NCBI GenBank assembly: GCA_051294905.1
Contig: CM119371.1
Span: 6,450,001 to 6,514,000, forward strand
Source: Botryllus schlosseri
Lineage: Eukaryota
DNA length: 64,000 nucleotides
Direction: 5' to 3'
The stretch's first letter is position 1, and each line of letters opens with the position of its first letter. The position numbers and the translations under genes were made by a program. Below are positions 63,091 to 64,000 of this stretch, piece by piece. The notes beneath the pieces are model-generated. The model saw only the letters and a program-made list of their open reading frames with translations. It did no database searches and had not been told where the DNA came from.

Positions 63091-64000
63091 ATGCCAACGA
63101 AATGGTTCAAAGGTATGCTATTTCAATGTCGTTGGTATAGGAAATGTATGTATGTTAGGGTTGTCATACGTCCGGAATTGCATTGAAAAAGCTGCGTCCG
63201 GGAGGATAAATTCTAAAATATACCTAAATGTCCGGAATTTTGAAGGCTTGAAGTGGGCTCAAAATCTTTTCGTAAATCAATATGAACAATAGTCTTTTAA
63301 AACGGATATGCTGGTCGATTTTTTATCCGCGCTGGGCGCGAGTTAATGCAACTAATATTGATAATTGTATGGGCACCAGGCACCGCCCTCGCCAAAATGT
63401 AATCAAAATAAATATAATTAACCATCATTTACTGAAATAAGTCGAATTGTAATCGCAATGCCTAGGCTGACGCAGGTGTGTGTCTGATTTCAAAGAGTAA
63501 TCAAAGTCGCCTTAACACCTTCCTATCTTTTCATTGTATCGCAGCTTTGCCGCGTTTTGTAATGATGAAAACACTGAGCTATATAAAATGATTTATAAAC
63601 TGATACTGATTTGCAACAAATATGGTAGGGTTACCAAAATACCTCCTCTTTTTAGACTTTTTTAAAAGTGGTGTCGGAGCACGCCCAAATGTCCTCTTTT
63701 TTGAGAAATTCTGGCAAAAGATAGGTTAAAATTCGACTGAAATATAGCAAATTAATACTCAAGTAACGTTCGGGGGGAGGGGGGTGGGTATTTTGGGAGT
63801 TGAATTGGAAAGTTGGCCTCTTCTTTATTTTTTTGAGTCAACTACGGAGAATAAGGGTGGATTGCACAGATGCCGATTGAAAAGTAATCACCGATTGCCT
63901 TAATCGGCGATAATTTAATCAGCGAGCAAGGTCACCTGGTGACTCTGTGGTACAGATACGGATTCGTCTGTGAGTTATCTTATCGCGGATTACTGACGCA

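Noticed and set aside
62878..63186. Gly/Ser-rich ORF
   Set aside because: It is the translation of (GCTCCG)n transposon subterminal repeats.

Overview
AT-rich eukaryotic, most likely invertebrate animal, genomic DNA; the species cannot be determined from sequence alone. No prokaryotic genes, rRNA, true tRNA or CRISPR array were found. The window holds three tandem C2H2 zinc-finger arrays: about 21.5-23.7 kb (-, broken), 29.5-30.9 kb (-) and 46.2-47.6 kb (+). Each array is followed on its own strand by intron-containing, degraded exons of a Polo-like kinase 1 (PLK1) gene, giving at least four partial PLK1 copies. The two minus-strand ZNF+PLK1 units are tandem duplicates. They point away from the plus-strand unit across a diverged inverted duplication centred near 40.4 kb. 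The rest is a dense, deeply nested set of transposon remnants: a P-element/THAP relic, many hAT elements and MITEs with 8-bp TSDs, an EnSpm/CACTA-type element, Harbinger-type and Tc1/mariner-type MITEs, tRNA-derived SINEs and two copies of a Penelope-like GIY-YIG element. Two separate repeat families carry minimal hammerhead ribozyme motifs. All homology calls come from reading and translating by eye; no database searches were run.
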